Counted from the whole stretch's first letter, positions 45,614 to 58,314 are shown. The stretch is 63,898 nucleotides of DNA, filler included, from 10 parts of 10 records of this genome joined end to end with filler, not necessarily neighbours in it, one strand, 5' to 3'. The notes: generated by a model not told the origin, from the letters alone. Translations and numbers: made by a program.

Positions 45614-45921
45614 CAAGAGGCTATGGAGCAGTCAGAGGATGGAGCTGCGCGACCTGCGCCAAAACTGCCTTGAGGGCCGTGTCGAGGGCATTGGGTCCTA
45701 GAGCTGGCCCAATGTTGGTCATCCAAAACGGATTGGCTCACTTGGCATGGCAGGCGAGATCTCTGTGAACTCAGGACTATTTACATGTTAGACTCACACT
45801 TGCCGCCGATTGGCTATTACAATATTTGTTACAGATTCCATGTGATCAATTGCAACCCTAAGCTAGCAACAATTAATTAGCTCGTTAGCTTAGCTCAGAG
45901 CCGCGCGCTACTCGAGCTTGT

Positions 45922-46393
45922 CTAGTCGCGCACCAGCGGCAAGTTGGCCTCCTTCCAGCTGAACAGCCCGCCCTTGAGGCAGGCCACCTTGGTGAAGTTG
46001 TACGTCTTCTCCAACTCCACTGCCACCCGACCGGACCGGATCGCCATCTTACACACGAATACCTGCCAGCCCTCGCGCCCCGCCCGGCCGGGCAGGCACC
46101 ACGGGCAGCTCCCTGTCCCAGGTCTTAAGCGACGAGCTGAAGTTGGTCAGCGGCACGTTCTCTGACTCCTACCGCCGGGCTCGCCCCGCCCCCCTCGGGC
46201 CGTCGCACCGGAATGTGCCCGAGCTCGTCGTTGAAGTCGTCGCGCTCGCGGACGTCGACGATGCGCACCTCAGCCCTGTGCTCCGCCAGCCACTCGCAGC
46301 TGACCTCCGCCGCGTCCGTGACCGCCTACACCCCCGGCCGTCGGCTCAGCCGGCGGCCAGCCCTACCCGGGTGATCGGCCAGTCCGCTGCCAT
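45922..46393 (-). CDS. Single-domain rhodanese protein (not in the ORF track)
   Basis: Spliced over introns 46326..46366, 46169..46208 and 46063..46099: ...IVDVRERDDFNDELGHIPESENVPL...VVFVCKMAIRSGRVA...LKGGLFSWKEANLPLVRD*. Confidence 0.88.
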
Positions 46394-46481
46394 GCTCCAA
46401 CGGCTCCAAATTCAAGCTGATCAAATGGGGAGCTGTGTAGATCTAGGGACGAATATGTGGTAAAGGGCGTGCGTGGTCCCG

Positions 46482-48015
46482 ATGCTCTCGTCGCAGAACT
46501 ACAAGGCGTTCGCCTCCATGATGAACCAGGGCGGCCCCGGTGACTGCCCGGCCCGGCCCTGCCTGAGCCTGTGCCCGCCAGCCGGCGCGTTCGCCACGAT
46601 GGATTTCTCGTTCCGGAGTGAAGGTTCCTCGGATGAGGAGCCGGCGGCCGGGAAGAAAGGTTATGAGTACTACTACAACCAGGAGCTGCGCAAGATGAAG
46701 GACGAGCTCCAGCATCTCGAGGCCGGCTACCACGACCGCGAGGATCCGCTGCTCCAGCCAGCGCCCGCCCGGATGGGCCCCGGCGAGCTGGGCGAGCGCC
46801 GGTTGGCCGACACCGACCGCAAGGTGCGCGACTTAATTGAGAAATTCGAGCGGATGGAACTGCGTGACCTGCGCCGGCTGATACGGACCGAGAACCCGCG
46901 GGTGGGCGCGAGAGTGCCCCGTTGGGACTTCCGGCGGGTGGTCTGCCGAGCGCTAGAAATGCCGTACCTGATTGAGAACGAGGTGCTCTCGAGTCAGCTG
47001 TTCGATTTGCTCCACCTGGACGTGGACGGCACCGCCAGCTGGCTTCAGGTGATCGCCGCACTCGCAGCGATGGCACGGCTAGGCCGGGGCGAGACACTCA
47101 GGCTGCTGCTCGAGCTGTGCGACGCGAACAGGGACAATTGGCTGCACTACGAGGAGCTGATGGCGCTGCTCAAGGCGGTGGCAGAGGGCCGGATGGTGGA
47201 CGAGGCCGCGCTCCGGCACGCGATGACCGACGCGGGCGCGGTGCACATGGAGGAATTCTACCGCTGGAGCGGGAAGGAGGTGGTGCTCGAGTGGATTGAC
47301 AAGTTCACAGTACAGTTTGAGACCCGACTCACCCGGCTCCGGAGCGGCAGCGTGGCCGGAGCGGTTCCGCGCGACCCCGGGGTGGTGGCCGGCACGTTTG
47401 AGAGCGCGCATGTGGCTGGGGCATCTGGGGAGCCCGTGATTGATCGGGCGCTTCTGCAGTACATGGCCCGATTGGCTCATGGCGTACGCCGGCCGGAGGA
47501 GCTGGAGCGGGCGCTGCGGGCGAGCAACGCGCGGGTGGGCCAGCCTGTTGGGGAGGTGGAGGTCAAGGCTGTGGTGCTGGATTTGCTCGAGAGCCTAAGC
47601 AGGAATAGCCAGGCCGCGATGGCAGCGGGGCCTGACTGGAGCCAGTTTGAAGCAGTAACGCCGGCGCAGCTGCAACGGCTGATAATGGCCGAGCGCGGGC
47701 TGATGCAGGGGGCTGCGCTTGAGCTGCAGGTTTCTAGGTTCTTGGCTGCTCTCTCGATCCAATCGGCTGATGCGATGGCGACCCGATTTGTCCGAGTGAT
47801 CCAGCACGATAGCGGGCCGCAGCACGGTATGCGGTGGGCCGACGTGGTGATGCTCGTGTTGAGCTTGATCAGGAAGCAGAGCGTGAGTGGCACCGAGGCG
47901 GCAGGCGTGCTGATGCAGCTGGCAGCGGATGGGCACGAGCAGTACGCAATGCACTCTGTGCTTGAGGTCACCTCCAGCCTGACTGGGCGTAGTCGACTGG
48001 TCCGAGCTGAAGCAG
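46482..48015 (+). CDS. EF-hand (calcineurin-B/recoverin-like) protein, 3'-partial
   Basis: LFDLLHLDVDGTASWLQV, LCDANRDNWLHYEEL; start uncertain. Confidence 0.65.
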
Positions 48016-48309
48016 NNNNNNNNNNNNNNNNNNNNNNNNNNNNNNNNNNNNNNNNNNNNTTAATTAATTAANNNNNNNNNNNNNNNNNNNNNNNNNNNNN
48101 NNNNNNNNNNNNNNNTAATTAGTCTAATATTGCATCACTACTGCCTTTACAATGTCATGTACGAGTACGTAACAAATAACCTCCACCGCCATGCCAACCG
48201 CCTGCTCCGCCCGTCCGCCTAGGATCCGCCGCGTGCACACACAAAGAACGCCATTTCGTCCCGACTCAACAGCTCGAATAGGCACAGCGGCCGTGTCACG
48301 CCACCGCGC

Positions 48310-49410
48310 TTGCTCCGTCAGCTGCTCCGGCTGTTCGCGCCAGGCCCACCGGCACCAGCCGCCCCGCCGGCCAGGCTCGCCAGGCTCGGGCCGGACCTGC
48401 CGGGCTGCCGGCGGGGCTGGGCGGAGCACACGGGCTGGACGCTCTGGCTCACCCGCCGGGCCGAGCCGGGCCAGGCTGTAGCCACGGTGCCGGCCTGCCG
48501 CACGCTGGCGGTGCTTGCTGACGACCCGTGCTGGGACGCCGCCCTGGCTAAAGCGCTGCTCGGACGATTGGCGGCCGAGCCGGACTGGGGGTCGTATCAG
48601 CAGCTCGCGCCGGCCTGTTGGGGGCTGGCCACCGAGGCGGAGCTGCGAGCAGTGCCGTGCCGGTCGGTGCGGCAGACACTGCGGCAGGATCGGGCCGAGA
48701 TGCGCTCTAGAGCCGGCCCGGTGGCTCGGGCGGCCGGGTGCGGGCTGGACCGGGCGGTGTGGGCGATAGGGGTTGCTCGGACTCGGGCGTGCGAGCTGGA
48801 CGGCTGGGCAGTGCTCTGCCCTGGTTGCGATCTGGCCAACCACAGCTTTGACCCGACAGCAATGTGGGAGCGGCGGCAGGATGGGGCGGTGCAGCTGTTC
48901 CTCACCCCGTCTGGACAGCGGCTGTCGGAGCGCGGGGGGGCAGTCGAGCTGACGGTCTGCTATGGCGCTGGGATGACCAGCAGCGAATTGCTCCGGCGTT
49001 ATGGGTTTGGCTGCAGCTCGCCTTTTGACCGGAGACCTACCAGACGGCGGCTGCGGCTGGATCCGGTACCGGTGGGAGTGGTGACCGAGTGGCTGGGACA
49101 GCTGGCAAGGCAGGCTGGGCGTGTGAAGGTGGGGGACTGGCTGCCAGCAGACACGACGCTGCTGTCTGCGTTTTGCTCGATTGCCGTGTGCGAGGGCAGC
49201 AGCGAGGCGGATGCTGGGTCGTTGGCCCTGGCGGCAGAGCTGGTGGCGGCCGAGGCAGCCGAAGAAGAGGCCGAAGGGCGCAGCGAACAGTCAGATTCGA
49301 GTCTGTTGGCCGGGGAGGCGGCACGCTGGTGGCGGGGGCAGTGCCGGCTCAGTAGGGCATTTCAGGCGGCGTTGCAATCGCTTGGCTGTTTTGCGAGCAG
49401 CCAACAGTAA
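48310..49410 (+). CDS. SET-domain (Rubisco LSMT-like) methyltransferase
   Basis: WAIGVARTRA, LCPGCDLANHS, ELTVCYG, ELLRRYGF; start uncertain. Confidence 0.8.
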   Translation: MLRQLLRLFAPGPPAPAAPPARLARLGPDLPGCRRGWAEHTGWTLWLTRRAEPGQAVATVPACRTLAVLADDPCWDAALAKALLGRLAAEPDWGSYQQLAPACWGLATEAELRAVPCRSVRQTLRQDRAEMRSRAGPVARAAGCGLDRAVWAIGVARTRACELDGWAVLCPGCDLANHSFDPTAMWERRQDGAVQLFLTPSGQRLSERGGAVELTVCYGAGMTSSELLRRYGFGCSSPFDRRPTRRRLRLDPVPVGVVTEWLGQLARQAGRVKVGDWLPADTTLLSAFCSIAVCEGSSEADAGSLALAAELVAAEAAEEEAEGRSEQSDSSLLAGEAARWWRGQCRLSRAFQAALQSLGCFASSQQ

Positions 49411-49635
49411 GCTGAATTTAAATCTATTTTAAATATGAGCGTCACAATATCGGCTATGCGGCGTAAGACTGACCCTTCCAACCAATGCATGTACACGATC
49501 TATTGTGATACTATTGTGAATTGTATATCAATCAACCATAATTACTCGTACCGTATGTCATTGTCTTGAACTGGTGTAATCATGTGAGACCCTGCGGCTG
49601 GCTCGCCAACGTAGATAATAGATGGGGTTGTAGGG

Positions 49636-51200
49636 TCACAGGCCGACGGCAGCCCGGGTGGCGTGCCTTAGAGTGAGCTTTGTGTGTGTGAGCGCGTGGT
49701 TGGACGACTTGTTCGCCTCGAGCACCACAAGCTCAGCTCGAACGAGCCCCGACTCCATGGCCATGGCCAAGCTCTCACGATGTTGCAATGGCATGTCTAC
49801 TCGCAGTTCGCCGCTCAGCTGGGCAGGTGATAACGCTGCAGTATTCGAGAGCCTTGACCACCTTCCAGTTCCCAAGTTGCTGGCGCTTTGGACGCTCAGT
49901 TTTAGGCCAAGTTGTAGTTGCCCAATTGGCGTCTTGATCGCGTCGCATGGTCTGCTGCAAATGGTTGGAGGGATTGAGCTGGTCGAGCAGGAGCAATGGA
50001 CCCAAAAAGGCACCTGACGTACACCAAGCGACACAGATGTCATGTTGCGCTGTCCCCGGGCAGTAGATGGCACCGAATCGCAGTGAGTCCAACCCCGAAG
50101 AGCACGGACTCCGGTGGTCAATCGACCAGTCGCTCCCGCCATTGCACCTGGTTGCATCGAGCTGCCACTTGGAGCATCTCTGAACAGCACGGCGCCGCTC
50201 TCTGCATCTTTGACCTTGCACACACCAAATTATCCGGAGGTATTGAAATTCAACTGACCTCGATGTCTGCTACTTTGACGGGACGCAAACTTGCAATTGA
50301 ATCGCCGAAGGACTCCACACTCGGATCAGTCACATACACCACTGCCACTTGGACGGTCTGTCCAGCCCACGCTCGTAACGAAGCACGCACGTCCTTCCAA
50401 GCGAGCTGATCTCCTGCCCATCCGGGCAAGCCACAACGGGTAGCTCCATACGAGAACCCAAATGCTGATTGGACATTGTATTGAGGCTGTGCTTTTATCG
50501 TTGTCCACTCTGACGTGCCATGTGTTTTGATCCAGAGAGCGGCTGCATCCCAGCTGGCAAGGCACAGTTCAGTCTCAGTTCTCAGCCATGATATAGTTAC
50601 CCATCGACTTTGCATCCCAAGATATGAACCGGGCTCTTTGGTGGGGACTGGAGCTTGAAGCTCATCCTCATTGTGAATTCGGGACTTCCCCCGGGCGGGA
50701 GCTGGATCGGCGGTGATAGCAACAGGTCGGTAAAACTCTCGTCGCGAAGACCAGCACGTAACCTGAGGGCACGTAATGGCAAGGGATCCAAGTGAAACAA
50801 CTACCCGTGACCACACTGCCAAATGCCAGTGGTGCCGTGACGATACCAACGTGACCAACTTTCCTCCACGCACGAGTTGCTACTGCTGGCATCAAATGCA
50901 ACTCTGCACTCCAAGCTGTCCCTTAGCCGCGGGCACCGAGCTTTGTCTCCAGTCTGCACACAGAGTAGCAACAAGGTTGCAGTGCTCATTGCCCTATGCA
51001 CTCACATGGTTGGCAGTGTCAAACTTAATGTCATGTTTCCAGCCCATTTGGGCCTTGATCCGGCGCATGTCGGCCTCCTCGCTCACCACGAAGTACACCC
51101 AGCCTCCACATTCGGAGCACCCGGGAAAGCACCTCTTGTCATCCACCTGGACGCTAGTGCGCCAGACGCAAATTTTCGGGGGACTGGCCTTGCGCGATGA
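49636..51200 (-). CDS. Hypothetical multi-exon protein with beta-rich (MAM / immune-inhibitor-A-like) segment
   Basis: TDLLLSPPIQLP, WDAAALWI, WKDVRASLRAWAGQTVQVAVVYVTDPSV; exon structure unresolved. Confidence 0.4.
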
Positions 51201-52486
51201 ACAATCGCGTTGACCTATACATCACAGCGTTTATGTACCAAATTAGCAACTCGTGGCCGCTCTAGAGAATGAGGAAGGCAACTGATTACGATAAATACTC
51301 TTAGATCGATGACCTAACTATTACCGGTCTCGTACGTACGATTACATGTAATAGATCTTGACACTACGTTGAATAATGCACAATAACTTCATGATTGAAT
51401 CATAAGATTTGACACGCTTGTCGCGCACTCTCACGACACGCGACGCACATTGGCTCATTTATTCAGCTCGCCTGCAATCGATCTTATTAACTGCTTTGCA
51501 TGATCGCCTTTAGTGGAGATTGAGGCCGGCACCGAGCACCAAATGTGCCACGCTCAGATTTCAATGAGCACGCCGCTTTCTTCAACCTTGTGTTTTCACT
51601 GGCTTGGTCTGTTTGTGCTTGTTCTATCTTTGTCCATTCAGTTTTAAACGTCTCCGGTTGTAGCTTTGTGTCCTAGCGCTGTTGCACAGCTGGCCTTGTG
51701 GCGCGGCTTCCCAACTCGTGGGTCTATCGAAATCTCATGGATCACGGTAGCACCATTGTACCAGTATTCCTGTATCGCAGCCACGTGCATTCTGGACTTT
51801 GTAGGTAGGTGCAGCAGATTTTCCAACTGCTTCGCGGTCAGCAGCTCGTAAAGAGTGCTGGCCTGGGGTATCGACAGATCCGACTCCAGGGCATCGGCGG
51901 CACGACCGCCACCCCCGTGCTGCTCAGAGGCCTCGGCCGTGCCCTCCATCGTGTCGAACCAAAGGTATGTCCAAAAACAGAACACTGGACACTATAGCTA
52001 CACAGACACACATCTCCTCTCCTCTCCTCTGCTGGTCCTCCTCGCACCAGCCCGTTGCACCAGTCCTCTCAGCACCTCCTCCGTCTACGCGCCCAACCGC
52101 GCGCCTGCAGGCCGCCACACCCGCAGTGTCTCACCACCGAGAGACATTCGTGTCAAATGCTACACAGACAGACTTTAATAGTCTACATGTACGTACAGTA
52201 TACGTATGCAATCCTGTAATGTTACAAGCATGTACCTGATATGATCATGATTTAATCATGATTGGCTGATCAGTGAACACAAAGGTCGAAAGCTTGCAAT
52301 TGATGAACTCGTAAAGTACATGTAACCCTAGTAAACGGTAGACACAATTCTAAGATAGAGTAATAATGGTATAGAGGGTGGAGATGGGGCCGGGGTTGAA
52401 TAGGCTTAAGGGATTGCATTGGTCAGTATCTAAAACCCTTTTACTAAAAGCTGCAAACTAAAAGCAAAGTCTTTTGACAACAAAAA

Positions 52487-55400
52487 TCATACATTGTAAC
52501 GCCCAGCTGTACCGACATCGCGAACCCCCGCTGCTGCTTCCTCCAGCATCCGCCGTAACTCTCGCTTTGCTCTAATCACGTTATTCTCATCAGCTCCCTC
52601 AATCGTCAGATACAGCTTCCGCTCCCCAGCAGGCGGGTTCCGGCCCGGGGCAAAGTAGGAGCCTCGAGTCGTGATGCAGATTTGATACTCATCCGTCAGC
52701 ATGTCCATCGTGGACCTGTGCGTCACCTTCCAGCGCGCCTGCTGCGGGTAGTCGTTGATTTCGAGCTCCACCTGAGCATGCGAAGACGTCTCCACCACCC
52801 CTTGAGCGTTCAGACTCATGCCCGGCTGCAGCTGCCCAGCCCGCATAGAGAGCTGCCTCGCAACTGCCTGCGCTGCAGCCAGTCCGGTCTGTGCCCCTGC
52901 ACCGCCCATCATGGCCTGCATCTGGGCTGCCGCCACGTTCGCCTTGGCCTGGGCTGCAATGTTTAATTGGGCCGCCTTAGCCTTAGCGATTGCTATTTGT
53001 GTTGCTACATCAGTCGGCCCGCCTGCAGGCTGTGTATTCTGCTGAGTGATCGCTGCAGCTGCAGCCTGCGCTTTCGCAATCATATCAGCAGCGCTGCTGC
53101 TTGCTGAAGCCACGGCTGCTGGCTTTGCACTTGCTGCTGCCGGCTCCGCCGCTTCCGCCGCACCAGGCTCCGCGTTGGGCTTGGCGACAGCTGTCGCAAT
53201 GGCCGCTTTCATCGCCTTGGCCGCCTCCAATGCCTTGGCCGCCTCCATTGCTGCTTGCAAAGCCACATTCTTGTCCACCTGAACACAACTGTCAGTGCAA
53301 GCCCACGCAGTGAAAGGCACCTGGGGGACACCGCCCACAGGCGCCATCTGCGCCGCGGCCACCGCCACTGGCTTTTCGTCCGGCTTAGACCGTAGGCTCT
53401 CCTCCTCGTCAGAGTCGTAGTACGTGTTGAGTTTGACCTCCGCACCAGCTGCAGCTTTCGCCTGAGTGAGCTTGTCTTTGGCCGCTTTCCCCTCCGCCTC
53501 GTCGAACTTGAAGCCCTTGCCGCTAGTAAACCCTGAGGCCCGCTTCAATGTCTGCCCCATTGAGTAAGCGGCTTTCTCCTTCGAGCCGTATTGCTCAGCT
53601 AGCGCCTGGAGCATTGGTGGAATCTCCTCCACACCCGCTAGCTCTAGCGCCCGCACCATATCCGGTGCATAAGCATCCTCCTCCGGCTCTATAAACGTGT
53701 AGGCAGTTCCCTTCTTCCCGGCCCTGCCGGTCCGCCCGACTCTATGCACGTAGTCCTCGTAATGGTTCGGGCAGTCGTAGTTGACCACCAGCGTAAGATC
53801 CTTGACATCCAGCCCACGTGCAGCGACCGAGGTGGCAATCATGAGCGTGTTGTCCTTGTTTTTGAAATCGGCCAACGTGTGATCCCGATCGTTCTGGTCC
53901 TTGCCTCCGTGCAGCGTGAGCGCCACATACCCCGCCTTAATCAAATCTCTAAACAGCTCATCCGCGTCCTCCTGCCTATCCACAAACACCAAAATGTTAT
54001 CCCCAAGATTGTACCACTGGGAGAGCAGCTCTAGTAGCCGCTTCGACTTGGCCTCGGCCCCGACGACTTCTATGTTCTGGCTGATGGTGTTTGACACCAC
54101 CGAAACCCCGCCACACACGATCTGGAGAGGGTTCTCTAAGATAGACTTGGCATGTTTCTCAACCACCTTGGGGAACGTTGCCGAGAACATGACAGTCTGT
54201 CGGTCGGGCCGGACGTTCTTGATGATCTTCTGCACCTGCGGCTCGAAGCCCATGTCGAACATCCTATCGGCCTCGTCCAGCACGACGTACGTAGTCCGTT
54301 GCAGGTTCATCACACGACCCCCGTTGATCGTCAGCAAGTCTATACACCGCCCAGGCGTGCACACCACTATCTCGGCGCCCGCCTTGATGTCGCCCACCTG
54401 CTGCGCCATCGGGGCCCCTCCGTACGCGCACACAGGAGTTAGATTCAGTGACTTTGTGAACTGTTTTGTGTCTCGGAAGATTTGAGTGGCCAGCTCTCGT
54501 GTTGGAGCCATGATCAGCCCGATCGGCCCCTCCCCGTCCGCCAGCGGCGGCTGGGCCTTAATGTGCCGGAGCATAGGGATAACAAACGCCAGAGTCTTGC
54601 CAGAGCCGGTCTTGGCTACTCCGATCACGTCACGGCCCGACATGATTGCAGGCAGAGCCTGGCACTGGATTGCGAACGGTGCTTCAAACCCGTTCTTGGA
54701 GAGTACCGTCAGCAGCGCCCCGGGCAGCCCGCACTGGGTCCACTTTCTAATCGGGCGGGGGCAGTCGCGGCCTCGGATCCGGATGCTGTCCAGCTCTTTC
54801 CGATATTCACTCACTTGCTCGTCTGTCATTTTCTTTATCTCGCCGGCCTCTGCGTAAAACTTGCGCTGGAACGGCATGTATTCGATCTTATCGTGGTCCA
54901 CCGGCGGCAGCTCCTTGGCTAGCTTCTTCTTTGCCAGCTTCTCAAGGTACTTTGCTTCCTCCTCCTCAATGTCGACCCAGTACTCCTCCTCCGCCTCGTC
55001 ATCCAAAAACCGGCCGGTCTTGCCTTCTCGCTTGGCCCGCGCCTTCTGCTTCTTCTCGGCATCCTCCAGCCGCTGCTTCTCCTCCAGTTCCTTCCGCTCC
55101 TTCTCCTCGCGGTCCTGCCGGATCGCAGCCATGAATGCTTCCCTGTCTTCGTCGAGCTTGTCGTCCTCCTCCTCTTCCTCGACCTCACCGGGCGCCCCGC
55201 CGTCGGACTTCATGATGTCTTCCATCGTGATCGTCTGCAGCTTGGACTGCTCCTCCCTCTGCTCCTTCTGCCTCAGCGCCGACGGACCTGCCAGTGGCAG
55301 GCAGTCCCCTATAGACTCTTGCACCTCCTTTGAAATCCCGGTCATGAACGCGTCGAGAGGGTCGACATCGTCGTCCAAGTCCGACATGCCCGGCGGGGTG

Positions 55401-55891
55401 CCCGGCGCCGGCGACGACGGCGGCGAGAACCCGCCGATGCTCGTGGCGGCCGAGGCCTGCCGTCCGAGCGGGGGGAGCCCGCCCAGCTTGGGCGGCTCGG
55501 CCTCCTGGGTGGCGAAGAGGGACGAGGCGGCCGGTTTGAGCTTGGACGCCCCGAACTTGGATTTCATCCCCATCTTGAACGCTCCGCCGCTCCCCGCCGC
55601 TTTGGGCACTGGCACCGGCACGGGCGCTGGTTCGGCTGGCTTGGTCTGCACCGACGACTGCATCGCCTTCCAGGCCTCCAGCCGCTTGCGCTTGCGCTCC
55701 GCCTCGTCGCCCGCCGCGGCCGGCTTGGCATCGCCGGCCGGTGGGGCGGGGCTGGGCTGGGCGGCTGCTGGCGAGCGGGCGGGCGACTTGTCCCTGTGCT
55801 TCTTCTCCTTCTTGTCCTTCTTGTGCGACTTGTCCTTCTTGTGCGTGTGATGCCCCTCGTCGCTGCTGTCCTCCCGGCCGCGCTTACCCAT
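52487..55891 (-). CDS. DDX46: DEAD-box RNA helicase Prp5/DDX46
   Basis: DPLDAFM, AKTGSGKT, PTRELA, TPGR, DEADRM, SAT, HRVGRTGRAG, C-terminal LEINDYPQQARWKVT KH-like domain. Confidence 0.96.
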   Translation of the reverse strand: MGKRGREDSSDEGHHTHKKDKSHKKDKKEKKHRDKSPARSPAAAQPSPAPPAGDAKPAAAGDEAERKRKRLEAWKAMQSSVQTKPAEPAPVPVPVPKAAGSGGAFKMGMKSKFGASKLKPAASSLFATQEAEPPKLGGLPPLGRQASAATSIGGFSPPSSPAPGTPPGMSDLDDDVDPLDAFMTGISKEVQESIGDCLPLAGPSALRQKEQREEQSKLQTITMEDIMKSDGGAPGEVEEEEEDDKLDEDREAFMAAIRQDREEKERKELEEKQRLEDAEKKQKARAKREGKTGRFLDDEAEEEYWVDIEEEEAKYLEKLAKKKLAKELPPVDHDKIEYMPFQRKFYAEAGEIKKMTDEQVSEYRKELDSIRIRGRDCPRPIRKWTQCGLPGALLTVLSKNGFEAPFAIQCQALPAIMSGRDVIGVAKTGSGKTLAFVIPMLRHIKAQPPLADGEGPIGLIMAPTRELATQIFRDTKQFTKSLNLTPVCAYGGAPMAQQVGDIKAGAEIVVCTPGRCIDLLTINGGRVMNLQRTTYVVLDEADRMFDMGFEPQVQKIIKNVRPDRQTVMFSATFPKVVEKHAKSILENPLQIVCGGVSVVSNTISQNIEVVGAEAKSKRLLELLSQWYNLGDNILVFVDRQEDADELFRDLIKAGYVALTLHGGKDQNDRDHTLADFKNKDNTLMIATSVAARGLDVKDLTLVVNYDCPNHYEDYVHRVGRTGRAGKKGTAYTFIEPEEDAYAPDMVRALELAGVEEIPPMLQALAEQYGSKEKAAYSMGQTLKRASGFTSGKGFKFDEAEGKAAKDKLTQAKAAAGAEVKLNTYYDSDEEESLRSKPDEKPVAVAAAQMAPVGGVPQVPFTAWACTDSCVQVDKNVALQAAMEAAKALEAAKAMKAAIATAVAKPNAEPGAAEAAEPAAASAKPAAVASASSSAADMIAKAQAAAAAITQQNTQPAGGPTDVATQIAIAKAKAAQLNIAAQAKANVAAAQMQAMMGGAGAQTGLAAAQAVARQLSMRAGQLQPGMSLNAQGVVETSSHAQVELEINDYPQQARWKVTHRSTMDMLTDEYQICITTRGSYFAPGRNPPAGERKLYLTIEGADENNVIRAKRELRRMLEEAAAGVRDVGTAGRYNV

Positions 55892-56028
55892 CCTCGCTGG
55901 CTACGGCACCCTCTACATGCAGCCACGTCAGTCCAGGCGTGCCTGCGCTGCGCTGTGAGCTGACAGCTGAGCTCGCCAACGGAAAGCTCAGCGCCGGCAG
56001 CTCGAGGAGGCTCGAGAGAGGCGCCGAG

Positions 56029-57196
56029 ATGGCTGACAAGGAGCAGCAGCTCCTGCTCGACCGGATCCGGGCCTCCCGGAACCACTACGAGGCGCCCGCC
56101 CGCCCGGACCGCCGGCCGACCGCCGGCTGCAGGTGCTAGGACTCAGCTTCGACCCAGAGGCCAGCGCTGGCCTCAACCCGGCGGACGTCGAGAGCCAGTA
56201 TCGCAAGCTGGCCCGGCGGCTGCACCCGGACAAGGTGCCGGCCGGGCCGGGGGACTGGCTGAGCGGCTGGGCCAGTGCGACCTGGAGGGGGCTGAGGAGG
56301 CGTTCAAGTCGATCAAGCTGGCGGCCGACACACTCCTCGACCCGGAGAAAAAGAGCAAGAACGACGCCCTGATCCGGCTGCGCGGCGGGTTCCTGGGCGG
56401 TGATGGCGGCCGGGCCGGGCCGGGGCGATCTCCGGGGGCAGACCTCGACTCGCTGCCGTCAGATCTGCAGCAGGCCGGGGAGGACGTAGGAGACCTCTTC
56501 CGTGAGAAGCCTGTCGGCGGGTATACGGGCGCACTGCGCGACTTCGGGCTGCTAGTGGGCACGCTGATGCTGGCCTACTCGTACCAGCGGATCCGGGTGG
56601 GGGCTCGTCGCGGCAGCGGGCTGAGGGCGGGGCCAGGCCGAGGTGGCTGCCGTGAGGAAGCTTGCGGACCGCAGCTCACATCGGCATGAGAAGATGGCGG
56701 CTGGACCGCTCGGGCTTGTGGCGGGGGTGCTGCTGCTGGGCCTGCTGACCGGGCAGAGCCTGTGGACGGTGCGGCTGGCTCTAAGGCCGGCTCGGAGGGC
56801 TGTCGACAGGTCTGCAAGTGGAGTAGCTTCTTGTACTATGGATGGACCGTAGCGATGATGGTGCCGTGGCCGGCGCTGCTGCACTGGCAGACCGAACACG
56901 CCACCGACATGCTCGGCGTGCCCGGCTGGGCTGGGCTGCTGGTGGCGTTCTGTGCCAGAGTGTTTATTAAGTATGATTTGATATCAGCGGTGCGTGGCTG
57001 CGCGGCGGCGGCGGCTGACATCGGGCAGTTGTTCCTTGGGGTGGGCGTGGGGCTCATGCTCGGGATCGCGTGCCTCAGGCAACCCCCCTGCCATGAGCTA
57101 GCTGACCGCACGGGACAGGCACAGCTCGCCAGTCACGATGCTGATTTTCGGGGGCGGATTCCTGTTGCTGGCGGCGCTGGGGCTCTACGTCTGGAC
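56029..57196 (+). CDS. DnaJ (J-domain) membrane protein, 3'-partial, multi-exon
   Basis: NHYE|VLGL...YRKLARRLHPDK|...AEEAFKSIKLAADTLLDPEK; first intron GC-AG 56092..56132; downstream TM segments. Confidence 0.82.
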
Positions 57197-57689
57197 NNNN
57201 NNNNNNNNNNNNNNNNNNNNNNNNNNNNNNNNNNNNNNNNTTAATTAATTAANNNNNNNNNNNNNNNNNNNNNNNNNNNNNNNNNNNNNNNNNNNNCACG
57301 TGGTCGTCCAGCCGACTGAGCAGGTCCATTGCCAACGGCCGATAACGGACTTGACTTCGGTGGCATCGGAAATCAAAAGCTAACCCGTGCGCGCACACTA
57401 TGCGTGTGAAAGCTCGCACTACTCGTGAGTACAAACTTGTGCACGTGTGATCATAGTCGATCCGGTCCAGTACGCCCCATCGATCCCTCCACCGGATTTC
57501 GAGCCACGAGTCTGCTACAGGTCTGCCGCCCTGACAGCACCAAATCCCACGACCGAAGGAGCTCCCGTGTCCCAGAGGTCTAGAAAACAGACCCTTGTCT
57601 CCGTTCTCGCAGGTTCGGCCTCGATGGCAATATACTAGGCTTTGAAACCCATTGGCAGATGATCAGTCAGAAATCGCAGGGCAACAACT

Positions 57690-58048
57690 TGAGCTTAGCT
57701 GATTCTAGGCTGTAAACAGCACGGTGCGATATTGGGTTGGCAGGCCGTTGTGACGAAGTGCGAGAGAGTCTCGAGGCTGGGTTTGATGTGAATGCACAAG
57801 ACAGCAAGGGCAACACTTTGCTCACCGTTGCATGTCAGAACAACCTCAAGAAGCTCGCAAAGCTGTGCCTTCGGCACGGTGCCGACCCCTTAATCGCGAA
57901 TTGCAAAGGACACACATCGCTGTACTATTGCAAGACGCTGCGGCACAATTCTTTATACACGATAGTCACAACGGAAGCCAAACTAGATGCTGACGAATTA
58001 GAACCTGCAAACAAGCTAGAATACCAAGAAGCACAAGAAGCACAATGA
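57690..58048 (+). CDS. Ankyrin-repeat protein, 3' part
   Basis: DVNAQDSKGNTLLTVACQNN...GADPLIANCKGHTSLYYC. Confidence 0.75.
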
Positions 58049-58314
58049 TACCTATAAGATAGTTTACTTAAGCCACATAGATTATGGAAAATAGCGAGAG
58101 TCTCGTAGTGTTAGTGTATTTACCACGGGAACCACCGTCAATTATTCCAACTAGATATCAAGTTGTATCGAGTCGTTTAATTTTATCAAGTGCTCCACGC
58201 TCGACCAACTAACTTTGCACTTTGACTATTTGGAGCTCGATTGCTTCGATGTTGGCTCAATCCCGAGCTGCGGTGAACAGAGTCCGCCACATTCTCGAGC
58301 ATACCGCCCCGGCC

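Noticed and set aside
54861-55850. Long antisense ORFs (for example 329 aa opposite DDX46, 364 aa opposite the MFS gene)
   Set aside because: These are shadow frames of GC-rich coding sequence with no motifs of their own.
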